Part shown: positions 11,057 through 21,458 of the stretch, one piece after another | How the letters are laid out: each line of letters begins with the position of its first letter | Numbering within the stretch: position 1 is the stretch's first letter | IMG/VR virus record: IMGVR_UViG_2839026242_000001 | Coordinates: 1 to 64,000 of that record | DNA length: 64,000 bases | Strand: one strand, 5' to 3' | Source: a virus | Lineage: Duplodnaviria > Caudoviricetes | Notes under the pieces: generated by a model | Told to the model about the DNA's origin: nothing | Database searches by the model: none | The model's input: the letters and a program-made list of their open reading frames with translations, nothing else | Position numbers and translations under genes: made by a program

Positions 11057-11898
11057 ATAGCTACCTCCATTTTAATAGCTGGGTGGTATTTATAGTCAAT
11101 GAGTTTGAAATCATCGGGGGTAAAGTCGTAAAAATCTTTAACATCTGGATTGATCCATAGTGTTGGGGCAGGATATGGCTCACGTTCAAGTTGTCGTTTT
11201 AATGCTTCTACGTGTCTATCGTACACATGTGCATCATCAATATCAAAGATTAATGTCCCTAATTCATGACCTGTTACTTGAGCAATCATTCTCTGTAATA
11301 CTGAATACTGGAATACGTTAAATGGGTTCCCTAGTGCCATGTCATTGGAACGAATTCCTACAATTAAATGAAGTTTTCGTCCTTTTACTAACCAGTTCGT
11401 TTTCCATACACATGGAGTTAATGCCATTTCATCAAGGTCATCTTTGTCCCATAATGTCGTAATCATTCTACGTGAAGGATTGTTTTTGAGGCTCCAAAGT
11501 AAATAATCTACCTGATCTAATAATTCCCCGTTAACTTTACGACACTTCTTCCCAAGCTGATATCCGTATGCAGACCCAATTGTGCCAGCCCACTTACCTT
11601 TTTTAATCTCCCATTCGTCCCAAATATGCACGTTCATTTTATGTAAGTCTTCAATCCTGTTAGATTTCATTTGCCAAATCCAAAGCAATTCTTTAATTGC
11701 AGTTTTCCATGCTACTTGCTTTGTCGTTAAGATTGGAACTTCTAAGTTATCAAATTGCATTTTACAAGAGATAAGGCTTTTTGTATAAGCAGGTGTCCCA
11801 TCTGCCCATCTCGGTCTTACATACACTCCTTCATCTGAATAACCGTTTTCAATGATATTTCGAACAAGGTCTAAGTATTGTTTGTCTGCTGAATTCAT
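11053..11898 (-). CDS. thyA: Thymidylate synthase (B. subtilis ThyA/phi3T ThyP3 type)
   Basis: LTPC catalytic Cys, RSNDMALGNPFN, HVYDRH; overlaps the DHFR start. Confidence 0.95.
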   Translation of the reverse strand: MNSADKQYLDLVRNIIENGYSDEGVYVRPRWADGTPAYTKSLISCKMQFDNLEVPILTTKQVAWKTAIKELLWIWQMKSNRIEDLHKMNVHIWDEWEIKKGKWAGTIGSAYGYQLGKKCRKVNGELLDQVDYLLWSLKNNPSRRMITTLWDKDDLDEMALTPCVWKTNWLVKGRKLHLIVGIRSNDMALGNPFNVFQYSVLQRMIAQVTGHELGTLIFDIDDAHVYDRHVEALKRQLEREPYPAPTLWINPDVKDFYDFTPDDFKLIDYKYHPAIKMEVAI

Positions 11899-11929
11899 AA
11901 TTCACTTCCTATATTTTTATATTTAATTA

Positions 11930-11956
11930 GAGAAGTGACTGTATCAGTCACTTCTC
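11930..11956. terminator. Hairpin at the end of the hicB-like gene
   Basis: GAGAAGTGACTG-TAT-CAGTCACTTCTC, perfect 12-bp stem. Confidence 0.55.
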
Positions 11957-12357
11957 GTCAACCCCCAAATACTTTTTCAAACCCTCTTGCAATATACGTG
12001 AAAAGTTCACATTGTTCTCTGTTGCAATATCATCTAACCATTGGGGGATTGTTAAAGTTTTTTTAACTGCTCTATTTTCCATTTCATCTCTAAAAGGAGG
12101 CATCCAAGCTTCAATTAAACAAACAATTTCATTTTCTTCAGTGTTGATATCCTTCACATTTGAGGGTTCTGGAATCGGGTCATTATCCTTTTCCATGCTG
12201 TATAAATGTAAAGCCATTGCTTCTTTAGCCATTTTAATGGCTTCTTCCTCATCTTTGCCACAAGTTAGACACCCCGGTAAATCGGGAAATTCGACTGCTA
12301 CTCCTCTCTCTTCATAAGTAAAAATTGCTGGATAAATGTAGCGGTCTTTTTTTTCAT
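11948..12357 (-). pseudogene. hicB: Orphan HicB antitoxin, frameshifted in an A8 run directly after the ATG
   Basis: The frame upstream of the listed ORF reads KDRYIYPAIF...VEFPDLPGCLTCG...EAIKMAKEA; C-terminal KKTLTIPQWL RHH domain. ATG+A8+GAC is one base short of in-frame. No hicA adjacent. Confidence 0.85.
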
Positions 12358-12365
12358 CAAGTTAT

Positions 12366-12425
12366 CCTCCTTATACGTGTATGTAAACGTATTTATATAA
12401 TAACACGTACAAGGAGGCGTGTCAA
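12366..12425 (-). promoter_or_regulatory. SigA promoter with inverted-repeat operator for hicB
   Basis: TTGACA-17-TATTAT; inverted repeat CCTCCTTATACGTGT...ACACGTACAAGGAGG (14/15) overlaps the spacer and the RBS. Confidence 0.8.
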
Positions 12426-12459
12426 GTCGTTAAAAATTTGAACGAAATTCTGCTTTTAT

Positions 12460-13032
12460 TTAATTAATATGGACGGCCCGTGCCGCATTAATTTTAATAT
12501 CTTCTCCTATTTCAATAGAACTACCTGATTCATACACAAACTTAATGACATCTTTGTTTAACTGTTCAATATGCAATTTCATAATATCTCCTTCTTCGTT
12601 AAATGGTTCAAATTGAAAATATAAATCCAGTGGTGATACATTTATTGAATTTGTATTAAATGAGAGTTTGTTAATGACTTTTGCTTTTGGAATTTCATAA
12701 ATTACCTTTACATCATTCTCCGTGTCTGCATCTCGATAATATCCTATTGCGATTAATTTACAGTTCTTTGATTTGCTTTTATTAAATGTAATGGTTGTTG
12801 ATTGTTGACCAGAGTTCAGTATCTTTTGATAATCACTCAAAACAGGTTGTTCATTTTGTTTCCCGATAAACTTAAGTAAATCTTGATCTAATAATGCATC
12901 TTTGACAAACATTCCTGATTGAGTTCCATCAATCTGAATATGACTTTCTTTTAATGTCGTTAGATTTGCCACCAGATTTTCTTCTTCATCAAAAATCATT
13001 AAATCTACAACATCATGATTTCCGTATTTCAT
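12460..13032 (-). CDS. Hypothetical phage protein
   Basis: 190-aa ORF with GGGAGG RBS, bracketed by junction motifs at 12442 and 13059. Confidence 0.7.
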   Translation of the reverse strand: MKYGNHDVVDLMIFDEEENLVANLTTLKESHIQIDGTQSGMFVKDALLDQDLLKFIGKQNEQPVLSDYQKILNSGQQSTTITFNKSKSKNCKLIAIGYYRDADTENDVKVIYEIPKAKVINKLSFNTNSINVSPLDLYFQFEPFNEEGDIMKLHIEQLNKDVIKFVYESGSSIEIGEDIKINAARAVHIN

Positions 13033-14602
13033 AATTAATTCCTCCCATATATTTTTAAATCAAATACAATTTATATTGAAATTTTATCTGCCGTAACAGT
13101 TAATGCTCTGCTAATTGCTTCGGCAATGTCGCTTGCCAAAGTATTGGCATTTGCACTCACGTTAATTGTTAAATTGCTAATGCTTGATGTCGTTTCTTTG
13201 ATATTAAATTCTTTAAACAATTCATCCTTAGTTACGTTCTGATTTTCAAGTTCTTGTATATACCAAATTAAATCTTCTCTACGTTCTTTATCTAAAACAA
13301 GTATATCTGCAATTAAGTCTACAATTTTGTCATGACTTTTCCAGATGTCATCTGCGATATCTTCTTCGCGCTTATTCCAATATTCTTGACCTTGATTAAA
13401 TGTGAATACACAAATATCTACAAGTTTATCAATAATTTTATATGTATTAATATTAATCAACTCCTCATCAAAACATTTTTATTCAGATAGTTCTGCTCTC
13501 GGCTCATTGCAGTGAATCTCACTGTATTTCAAAGGATTCTTAGAAACTGCATCTGTTGTAGTGTAGTTATTGGTAAGATATGTCCAACCATTGAACTTAG
13601 GTTTATTCATTAGCTCATATTCCCGAACCAGCTTCACATAAATATCAGCCAACCTACTGTATTCTCCATAATGCCTTGCTTCAAGTTGTTTGTCCATTTC
13701 CTTTGACAGTTGTTCAATTTTCTTACGCAAATCTTCTTTAATTAACATTCTTACCTCTCCTTATTAAATAATTTTTTGATTAATGGAATTGCCCCTTCTG
13801 AAGAATAAGAAACCTCTCCACCTTTAACTCCTACAATGATCAAAATAGCACTGATAAATATTACTGTGTTAAGCAAAAACCAACCAAGACCACCAGTGAG
13901 CGTAATTTCTATATCAGGAAATGCAATCGAAAGAATTAAAGTTATTATGACAAACAGATATAAAATCCAATGATTTTTGAAATGATTCATTCCCACTTTC
14001 CTCCTAATAATTTTTACATTTAGATTGCTTGATTCTAAAACAATGGAAATGTTCACAGTCAAAGCCATCATGGGGATCTGTGTAAATATCTAACAATTTA
14101 CAATAGCCATCTCCAGTATAGCTACCTTCCTCGTCACCGTTAAAATTGTAATGGATGCAGAAATCGCAAATGGCACCCGTTTCTTTACAGTCTTGACTGC
14201 AATATTCAGCCATAACTTCAATCCTTTCTCTTTAAAATCATTGTTTGATCAGGTTTTCAAAAACCACTCAATCACTTCTTCTTTTGTAGCTTTTCTAAGA
14301 AAACTTAGGATTTCTGTTTTGCATTGATTACAGTGATTAATTTCGTTTTCGCAAATTAAATTAATAATGCCACATTTATTACACCTACTCCATAAGTATG
14401 CACCATTATCGAATTCTTTTTCAATTCTTTGTCGTTTGATATTTTTATATTGAATTAAATTAGTTATGTTTGAATTAATAATGTACATCACACCCTAGTG
14501 GTTTAAATTTTGTTATCAGGAGGCTATAATCCTCCCAATTATAGCCTCCGTTTTGAATATTACTCAGTTATGTATTTATTTTTTGTTTTATTTTAGATTG
14601 GT

Positions 14603-15187
14603 CTACCTGTTGAATAATTTTTTTGCGTTAACAAACCTGCCCTCAATAAATCCCGTAACAATTTCAAGTTTCATACTCTCTGTCAATTCACGCAATTTAT
14701 ACATATCAATTCCTTCATCAATAACAATTTGCCTTTCATTTTTATATTTTAGTTCGTTTAATCCATAAATTCTTTCATAACCGTATTCCCCTCTTAATTT
14801 TTCTGCAATTTCACTAAATGGAACGGCTACGGCAATATCAAATTCTTTAGCAAATTTAATCAAAGTTGAAGTTTTCCCAGTACACCTATCTACAGAATAA
14901 ATCTCTACCAGTTGTCTTGTGACTGATGCCTTCAAAAGTTTTTCATATAATTCATTGTTTAGTTTAGGTTTTAATCGAGGAAGGTGATATTTTAGTTTAT
15001 TCATCATATCAAGTAGTTCACGTTTTGTCTTAACATGTTCATCTGGTGTATTATCATATTGATGCTGTAACTCAAAATATTTTTTCAATTCATACTCATG
15101 TTCAAATGGTATATTAAATTTTTCATTCCATAGATTAAATTGCTCCTGTACATAACGCTCACGGTCGCTCACATTTTGAATTGACAT
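14603..15187 (-). CDS. Hypothetical protein with degenerate P-loop
   Basis: RCTGKTS and IVIDE Walker A/B-like motifs. Confidence 0.55.
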   Translation of the reverse strand: MSIQNVSDRERYVQEQFNLWNEKFNIPFEHEYELKKYFELQHQYDNTPDEHVKTKRELLDMMNKLKYHLPRLKPKLNNELYEKLLKASVTRQLVEIYSVDRCTGKTSTLIKFAKEFDIAVAVPFSEIAEKLRGEYGYERIYGLNELKYKNERQIVIDEGIDMYKLRELTESMKLEIVTGFIEGRFVNAKKLFNR

Positions 15188-15504
15188 TATAAATTCCTCC
15201 TAAATATTTTTTAATGTTTAATTTTTACCTTCCCAAAAATCTACATATTCTTGTAATTTTTTAATAATAATTTTTGCATTTTCAATTCCTAGTCCTACGC
15301 ATGAACTATTTTTCCAATAATCAATTACCCCATTTTCAAATACACCCAATTGAACAAAAATCGGTAGATGGTTCATTTCTGGGAAATTCTCATTAACATT
15401 CGAATCAATCTCGATATAGTATGTATAAGATTCTTCATAAGGATCATCCCATGTCAACGATAATTTTTCTATGTTTTTCATATTTATCACCTCCTTTCAA
15501 TATT

Positions 15505-16752
15505 TTAACTTGCTTGAGATATGTATTTTTCATGTGACCAATCTGGATGGTTGACTAAAAACTTATGTACTAAATCTTTGTCTACATCTTGCTTGTCAAT
15601 TAACCTAAAGTATGCTAAGACGTGCTCTAGTATGTATTCTATGTTGTCGTATTCCCAGTAAGGAATACGGATAAGAGGGATGTCGTTTTGGATGCAGTAT
15701 TGGTTTTTGATTTGATCGGTTGCTTTAGTTCGCAAAAAACTATCTTTACCAAAGGAAGGTATGAAATGCTGAATTCCATCATATTCAACTAAAAAATGTG
15801 TTTCTTTGGACTTAATCGAAAAATCAAACCTTAATTTTGTTATGTTTTTACAACTCTCAAATGCAAACTGCCTATTATAGATAACATTATACAATTCTAG
15901 AATTTTTGCAATTAATTTTTCACCTTTTGACTCTTTACAATATGGACATCTATTTCCTCTCAGAAACATATTTGGAGTTACTTTATATGTATTTCCACAA
16001 GTCTTATGTTTAATTAGAATTTTACTCATAGTGTTTTCATATTTACTCAGAATGGTATATTCACTTCCTACCAATTGATAAACTTCATTTTCAAATTCTT
16101 CATGACTTTTCTTTTTTCTGGTTGAACAATTACCGCATCTATATCCATTAATAAAGTCTATCGGTCTAACAAGATATTCAAATCCACATTGTTTATGTTT
16201 GATTTTTATTTTAGTGCTAGAATTTTTATATTCTCCTAGTATAGTATATTCATTTTTCCCCAATGTTTTTACAATATTTTTGAATTCATCGGCAGTCCTC
16301 TTTACGCAGTTTGCACAATAAGGACAGCCTATCTTTGTTTTCTTAGAAATAATATTATGTGGTTTTGTTGTGAAAACATGATTTTTATCACATTTAAAAG
16401 TAACTGGTAATTTCATATTTATAAAATCACCAAATATCGTTATTTTATTTTGAAATTTTTCTTTTAATCTTTTTGTAAATTCAGATTTAGTTATCTTTTT
16501 ATTTTCAGCAATTGCTAACAATCTTGATAGATTTTTTCTAGCGATATTCTTCTTCCCGCATTCTGGACATCCTTTAGGTTTTGTTTTGTGAATTATACTA
16601 TAAGCCACTGGTTCCCATTCATGATTGCAAATATTACATTTAATTAAAATTTTTTCTCTTTGATTATTATATCTACCTAGTACAGTATATTTGTCTCCAT
16701 GTTTCAAAAAAACTTCTTCAATATACTGCTCATGTGTTTTTCTTCTAGTCAT
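15505..16752 (-). CDS. Zn-ribbon-repeat protein with C-terminal Vsr/PD-(D/E)XK-like nuclease (free-standing homing endonuclease)
   Basis: Four ~65-aa repeats (Y...KI.IK(C/H)..CG...GxxCP.C), then SKGE, RFDF, VEYDGIQHF, D..KN, LIRIPYW. Confidence 0.82.
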   Translation of the reverse strand: MTRRKTHEQYIEEVFLKHGDKYTVLGRYNNQREKILIKCNICNHEWEPVAYSIIHKTKPKGCPECGKKNIARKNLSRLLAIAENKKITKSEFTKRLKEKFQNKITIFGDFINMKLPVTFKCDKNHVFTTKPHNIISKKTKIGCPYCANCVKRTADEFKNIVKTLGKNEYTILGEYKNSSTKIKIKHKQCGFEYLVRPIDFINGYRCGNCSTRKKKSHEEFENEVYQLVGSEYTILSKYENTMSKILIKHKTCGNTYKVTPNMFLRGNRCPYCKESKGEKLIAKILELYNVIYNRQFAFESCKNITKLRFDFSIKSKETHFLVEYDGIQHFIPSFGKDSFLRTKATDQIKNQYCIQNDIPLIRIPYWEYDNIEYILEHVLAYFRLIDKQDVDKDLVHKFLVNHPDWSHEKYISQAS

Positions 16753-16831
16753 TTCTCCTCCTACGTCTAGGAGGCGATGCATCGCTTTATTACACTAGTG
16801 TACTCCTTGATTTTTTGTCGAATGATTTTAT

Positions 16832-16860
16832 TTTACATTTTTATTATTTTAGGTTATAAT
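16832..16860 (+). promoter_or_regulatory. SigA promoter of the plus-strand moron
   Basis: TTTACA-17-TATAAT upstream of an AAAGGAG RBS. Confidence 0.7.
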
Positions 16861-16894
16861 TGGTATAAAAATTAATTGAAAGGAGTCTTAATCC

Positions 16895-17797
16895 ATGACA
16901 ACAGTGAACTTTTTTAGAACAATGAATGAAAAAGATTTAACTACATTGGAAAATCAATTCAACAATCCACAATTTACAGTTATCGCTCGACTTTTATTTG
17001 AAGGTGTAAGAGGATATGAATGCAGCGAGATCACCAATTTAAAAGTCGAAGATATCAATTTTGAAACAAAAGCTCTAAAACTACATGATTCTAAAGGCAG
17101 TGAACGCGATTTGGCTGTCAGTGATAAGTGCATTAACTTATTGAAACAGGCAATTGAACAAAAGTCCTTCATATACAAAAGCTCTCGTGACAATGAATTA
17201 AGAGAAAGGGAATTTGTTAACTCTGAATATGTAATTAGACCAATTAAAACAATCAAGGAGACAACTACTCCAGTCTCACAATATGTACTCTATGCTAGAT
17301 TGCAACTTCTTAAAGAATTTTGTAATGAGAATATTAAAGAATTTACTCGTGAGATTACTAAAAAGTTCAATAATGAGAGTGGATTTGTTCAAAGAAAACT
17401 AAGTAAACAAGAATTGGATCAGATTGATGAAAAATGCAGTATTCCACAACTTGCTGTTGTTGTTCGGTTGATTCATGAAGGAGTTACACCTCAAGAGATA
17501 GTCAACCTTAAAAGACAAGATGTAAATTTCGAGACAAATGAGTTGCTACTGACTGACGTTAATGGTAATCAACGAAAACTGGAAGTAAGTGAGAACTGCA
17601 TTCAATCAATTGCTAAAGCACTAGAGCAAATAAAACAGAAAGAGATCCCTGAGAACGATTATGTATTGAAGCCATCAAAAGCATTAGAAACTTTATTTAC
17701 CAAAACTGAAGATCAATGCACTTTACAAGAAGTAGTATATAAATATAATACCGTAATGGAATGGTACGATCATTTTAAAATTGGAACTGACGAATAA
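16895..17797 (+). CDS. Tandem-duplicated partial tyrosine-recombinase-fold protein (MrpR/YopR-like), probably catalytically inactive
   Basis: Two internal repeats of PQ..VI.RL..EGV...EI.NLK..D.NFET..L.L.D..G..R.L.VS..CI....A.EQ; no HxxR or C-terminal Tyr box. Confidence 0.7.
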   Translation: MTTVNFFRTMNEKDLTTLENQFNNPQFTVIARLLFEGVRGYECSEITNLKVEDINFETKALKLHDSKGSERDLAVSDKCINLLKQAIEQKSFIYKSSRDNELREREFVNSEYVIRPIKTIKETTTPVSQYVLYARLQLLKEFCNENIKEFTREITKKFNNESGFVQRKLSKQELDQIDEKCSIPQLAVVVRLIHEGVTPQEIVNLKRQDVNFETNELLLTDVNGNQRKLEVSENCIQSIAKALEQIKQKEIPENDYVLKPSKALETLFTKTEDQCTLQEVVYKYNTVMEWYDHFKIGTDE

Positions 17798-17803
17798 AGT
17801 TTT

Positions 17804-17841
17804 TACTCCACTCTCACTCATGTAGAGTGGAGTATTTTTTT
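17804..17841 (+). terminator. Intrinsic terminator
   Basis: TACTCCACTCT...AGAGTGGAGTA followed by T7. Confidence 0.85.
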
Positions 17842-18265
17842 GAATCAAATCAAAGACAACTTTTATTCAGTTATCTTTAGAACCTTCAGATTGACACCTG
17901 CTGGAACAGTAATTAGATTAACCTTCTTTTCTAAGCCTTCATTAACCAAATCATGAATAGCCTTTGCTCGTTCAAAAGTCATTTCCTTGTCAATCTGTAA
18001 TACTAATGTATCGTTGGGTTCTAGATTTAGTTCACTATCAATAATGACTTCACCATTTTCATTTACAGTTTGTAGTTGATATTTCGCCATAAGAAATCAT
18101 CCTTTTCCCAATTAAGTGAAACCAATTTAAGACAGCTTTATTTAGTCTTGAGTAAGCCAATCAATATAATCATTAATACAATAAATCCAATTAGATGAAA
18201 ACAAAGCGTTTCTACTCCTATATGTATCACCTTCTGGTTATAGTGAAATTGAATCCACTATAACG

Positions 18266-18940
18266 TCATTTCCTCATTTGACGTTCAATTTCGGCTTTGA
18301 GTTTTGGCTCGGGAGCTTCCCATCCGTTAGGCTTGATAATTTTGCCATCTTCTTCGCGGAAACGTGGCTTCCCATCCTCCCAAAGTTTTGACATATTTGC
18401 TTTTTGAACGATGTCAAATAGTCTTTGCGGTTTAATTCCCATGACCACAAAGTCACCATGATTAAAGTAACTTAGATCAATCAGTGCATCTACTTGTGCT
18501 ACAAGAACATCTTCAACTGGTTCATTTTTTTCAATGATTTTATTCACTGTTTGGTCGATTGATTGTTTTAATTGCTCAATCATATTCAAAAAGACAGCTT
18601 TATCTCCTTTGGCAGTAGCATAAAGAAATTCAACTAGCTCTTCAGCTTTCCAGTTGGTGCGAGTCATTGCAATATCTTGGGACATAATTGTTGGTTTGCT
18701 ATTGTGAATGTGGTTAAATGACTTGTGGAATTGGTATACTTGTTTTGTTGCATAGTCTAGACCTTTTAACACTTTTCGTTTTTTATTATATTTTTTTAGT
18801 TGATCTTTATCAAACCATTTAGTTTTTCGTTTGTTTTTATTAAAGTATGTGACTTTAGCTTGGCTATTGTTGATTTCCTTAATAACTCCTTTCTTCTTCA
18901 ACTCTACGATATATACACGATCTTCTACCTTGAATTGCAT
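18266..18940 (-). CDS. MazG-like/all-alpha dUTPase (PRA-PH family) fused to an N-terminal KOW/SH3-like domain
   Basis: FH..F, EELVEF, QVDALIDL.YF, VQKANMSK, DGKIIKP.GW..PE; N-terminal FKVEDRV...KGVI. Confidence 0.82.
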   Translation of the reverse strand: MQFKVEDRVYIVELKKKGVIKEINNSQAKVTYFNKNKRKTKWFDKDQLKKYNKKRKVLKGLDYATKQVYQFHKSFNHIHNSKPTIMSQDIAMTRTNWKAEELVEFLYATAKGDKAVFLNMIEQLKQSIDQTVNKIIEKNEPVEDVLVAQVDALIDLSYFNHGDFVVMGIKPQRLFDIVQKANMSKLWEDGKPRFREEDGKIIKPNGWEAPEPKLKAEIERQMRK

Positions 18941-18988
18941 AATGTGTATTCCTCCCTAAGCTCAAAATTTTTTTAAAATTACTATATC

Positions 18989-19231
18989 TTATTTTAGTTT
19001 GTTAATCATTTCTGTGAGTTCCGCAGGTTTAAATCCTACTGAGCGTTTTGCTTCTTCCCCATTATCATCAAGAAGAATTGTTACTGGCACTGACATTAAG
19101 CCATAATGAACAGCGTATTGTGGTTGTTCAAAAGGATTAATTGATTCATACTTAACGCCTTTTGAATCAAGGAATTGTGTTACTAAAACACAACTTGGGC
19201 AATTATCTTTATAAAATTTGAGTAGTTTCAT
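18989..19231 (-). CDS. Thioredoxin/NrdH-like redoxin
   Basis: CPSC, MSVPVT, GFKP. Confidence 0.88.
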   Translation of the reverse strand: MKLLKFYKDNCPSCVLVTQFLDSKGVKYESINPFEQPQYAVHYGLMSVPVTILLDDNGEEAKRSVGFKPAELTEMINKLK

Positions 19232-20012
19232 GGAAATCCACCTCTTGTTTCTCATTTTTTAGTAGTCTTTTCCACCATTGCTTATATAGTTTTTTATTTC
19301 TTATTCTACTGGCAGTTCCAGATGATAAATTAAATGTTTCCTCTATTTCAGCATTTGTATATCCTTCATTTATCATTTTAACTATTTTAACAAACATGTC
19401 TTCACTTACTTTGCCTCTATTCTTTAACTGCTCTTCTGAGTTAATAGGAGTATAATCTTTTATACTATCCCATAACTTTTTAAATCTTTTCTTATGTCTA
19501 ATCAAGGATACATATCGTTCGTGTAGTTTGTATTTAGATGCAATTTCTCTATTTGTACTCCCTTTTTTCAACATCTCTACAATCTCAAAAAATTGTTCAT
19601 TTGTAATTTTAGCTTGAGGATTGTTTTCGCCTAATATTCTTTTAGAGCGTTTCTCTCTTTCGATATCAGAAACTATTAGTCCATTTCCCCCTTCGCCTCC
19701 TTTAGTTTTATTAAATCCTTTGATATATGTATTGAACATATCAATATAAAACATTTCTGCGGCACTAAGAGTTTCTGGATCAATATTACTGAATTCTATT
19801 AATGTGTCATATTCAAGATTTTTGTATTTATCAAATGCTCTCTGCATGTGTTTATTGTAATGCTTTCCTTTTTTGAGCATACTCAAGTGTTCCTTATATC
19901 TTTTCTTTTTATTTATTTGAGTGTCTTTACCGATGTATCTTCTGTCTCCAATTTTTAATTCATATATTCCTTGACTCAGTTTACTTGATACCTCCTTTAC
20001 ATATCCTATCAA
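19209..20012 (-). CDS. Free-standing GIY-YIG homing endonuclease
   Basis: GIY...YIG, R..EH, E..YI, GFN.T.GG, GENNP.AK and two C-terminal HTH repeats. Confidence 0.88.
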   Translation of the reverse strand: MIGYVKEVSSKLSQGIYELKIGDRRYIGKDTQINKKKRYKEHLSMLKKGKHYNKHMQRAFDKYKNLEYDTLIEFSNIDPETLSAAEMFYIDMFNTYIKGFNKTKGGEGGNGLIVSDIEREKRSKRILGENNPQAKITNEQFFEIVEMLKKGSTNREIASKYKLHERYVSLIRHKKRFKKLWDSIKDYTPINSEEQLKNRGKVSEDMFVKIVKMINEGYTNAEIEETFNLSSGTASRIRNKKLYKQWWKRLLKNEKQEVDFHETTQIL

Positions 20013-20409
20013 TAATCATTTGAAATTCTTGTTTTGTTTTTTCGGTTGGATAACTTTCAAACTTAAACTTAAATATGATTCTATTCTTGTGTAGCAATAG
20101 TTCCTCAATTAAATCAAGTGCTCCACAATAATACCTGTATATTGAATTTCCACTGCCAAATAGCCCGATATCTTTCCCCTCAATGCTTAATAATTTATCG
20201 CGTATTTTTTTAAATACATTGGGAGGGATACCATCCCCAATGGTAGGTGTTCCAATGAGGATGGTATCATAAGTGTTAAAATTAACCTCTTCAGGTTTTG
20301 TTTTTTGTAAGTTAATCACGTCAAAATCATATGTATTGGTTTGCTCTACTAATGATTTTGTATTACCAGTTATGGAATAATAGAAAATCGCTTTAGAGGT
20401 CAAATCCAT
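19981..20409 (-). CDS. Flavodoxin (NrdI-like partner of the RNR)
   Basis: YYSITGNT, GTPTIGDG, FGSGN..Y..YCGA. Confidence 0.88.
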   Translation of the reverse strand: MDLTSKAIFYYSITGNTKSLVEQTNTYDFDVINLQKTKPEEVNFNTYDTILIGTPTIGDGIPPNVFKKIRDKLLSIEGKDIGLFGSGNSIYRYYCGALDLIEELLLHKNRIIFKFKFESYPTEKTKQEFQMIIDRICKGGIK

Positions 20410-21436
20410 CGCCACTCTCATGAGAGTAGTTAATGACATTTGTTTGGAAAAAGTCAGACCTTGTAGCAAGCCCACCTTCTTTTTTCTTTTTGCTACCATA
20501 AGTAAGAATCCATTTGGATCTCAGTTCTTTATTCTCAGGAAATACCTCTTGTATTCCAGCATTACGACAGATGACATTGGTGAGATATTCAACATAGTCT
20601 GAATACTCATTAATAGTCATATTATCAATACCATCGAAGATGAATGCTGCCCAAGCCTTCTCCTTTTCGACACAACGCTTAATAAATTCCAATGTGAATT
20701 CCATATTTTCTTTTGTGTTTAACTCTGGGAACTCCAACATTAGAATTTGCATAATTGTACCGAACAGGACTGAGTGTTGAACTTCATCTTCCTTGATTAA
20801 ATTAATCATGTTGTTGGAGCCAATCATCCTGTTAGTTCTCGCCAAGGAATGGAAGTAAGCAAATGCTCCTGTAAAGTAGATTCCTTCAAGAACTAGATAA
20901 GCCAACAATGCTTTGTACAGTTTATCCATTGATTCTGGGTCATCAACAAAGTCTTGAATCAGTTCGAAAATTTCTTTATTTCGTTCCTTTAACAAAGGTA
21001 GTTCTTTTGGTGCGTTAAATGCTTCTTTCTTTTCTTCTGCATTTAACATTGTTGATGTGAGATATTGATAAGAACGAGCATGTAAACCTTCAAATGCACC
21101 AACTAATTGAATGTTTGCCGCTACACTTGGATCTGTGCAGGTATATCCTAACAAGAAATTAAAACGGTTCGCTACAGAATCCAATTGTGTTAACATACCA
21201 GTCAAAATGTTATATACATAACGTTCTCTATCTGTTAGAGAATGTCGATAATGTTTTAAGTCCTCATTCAATCGAATTTCATCTTCGATCCAAAATTCGC
21301 CAAACATTGCCCTGTTTAGTTCTAACATGACTGGGTACTTAATATCGTCCCAGTCACAAATTCCACTAGCTTCACCCTTAAATATCTTCGTTGCTTTATT
21401 ATTTACCTCTCCATTAAAAACTCTGAATGGCTTCAT
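20393..21436 (-). CDS. nrdF: Class I ribonucleotide reductase beta subunit
   Basis: FW...E, LDS, E..H..SY radical Tyr, LEGIYF, DE..H; uninterrupted. Confidence 0.93.
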   Translation of the reverse strand: MKPFRVFNGEVNNKATKIFKGEASGICDWDDIKYPVMLELNRAMFGEFWIEDEIRLNEDLKHYRHSLTDRERYVYNILTGMLTQLDSVANRFNFLLGYTCTDPSVAANIQLVGAFEGLHARSYQYLTSTMLNAEEKKEAFNAPKELPLLKERNKEIFELIQDFVDDPESMDKLYKALLAYLVLEGIYFTGAFAYFHSLARTNRMIGSNNMINLIKEDEVQHSVLFGTIMQILMLEFPELNTKENMEFTLEFIKRCVEKEKAWAAFIFDGIDNMTINEYSDYVEYLTNVICRNAGIQEVFPENKELRSKWILTYGSKKKKEGGLATRSDFFQTNVINYSHESGDGFDL

Positions 21437-21458
21437 TATATCCTCCTTACTACATCAA

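Noticed and set aside
12460-13032. Possible tail-tube-like similarity
   Set aside because: Only a vague resemblance at the N-terminus, and there is no structural-gene context.
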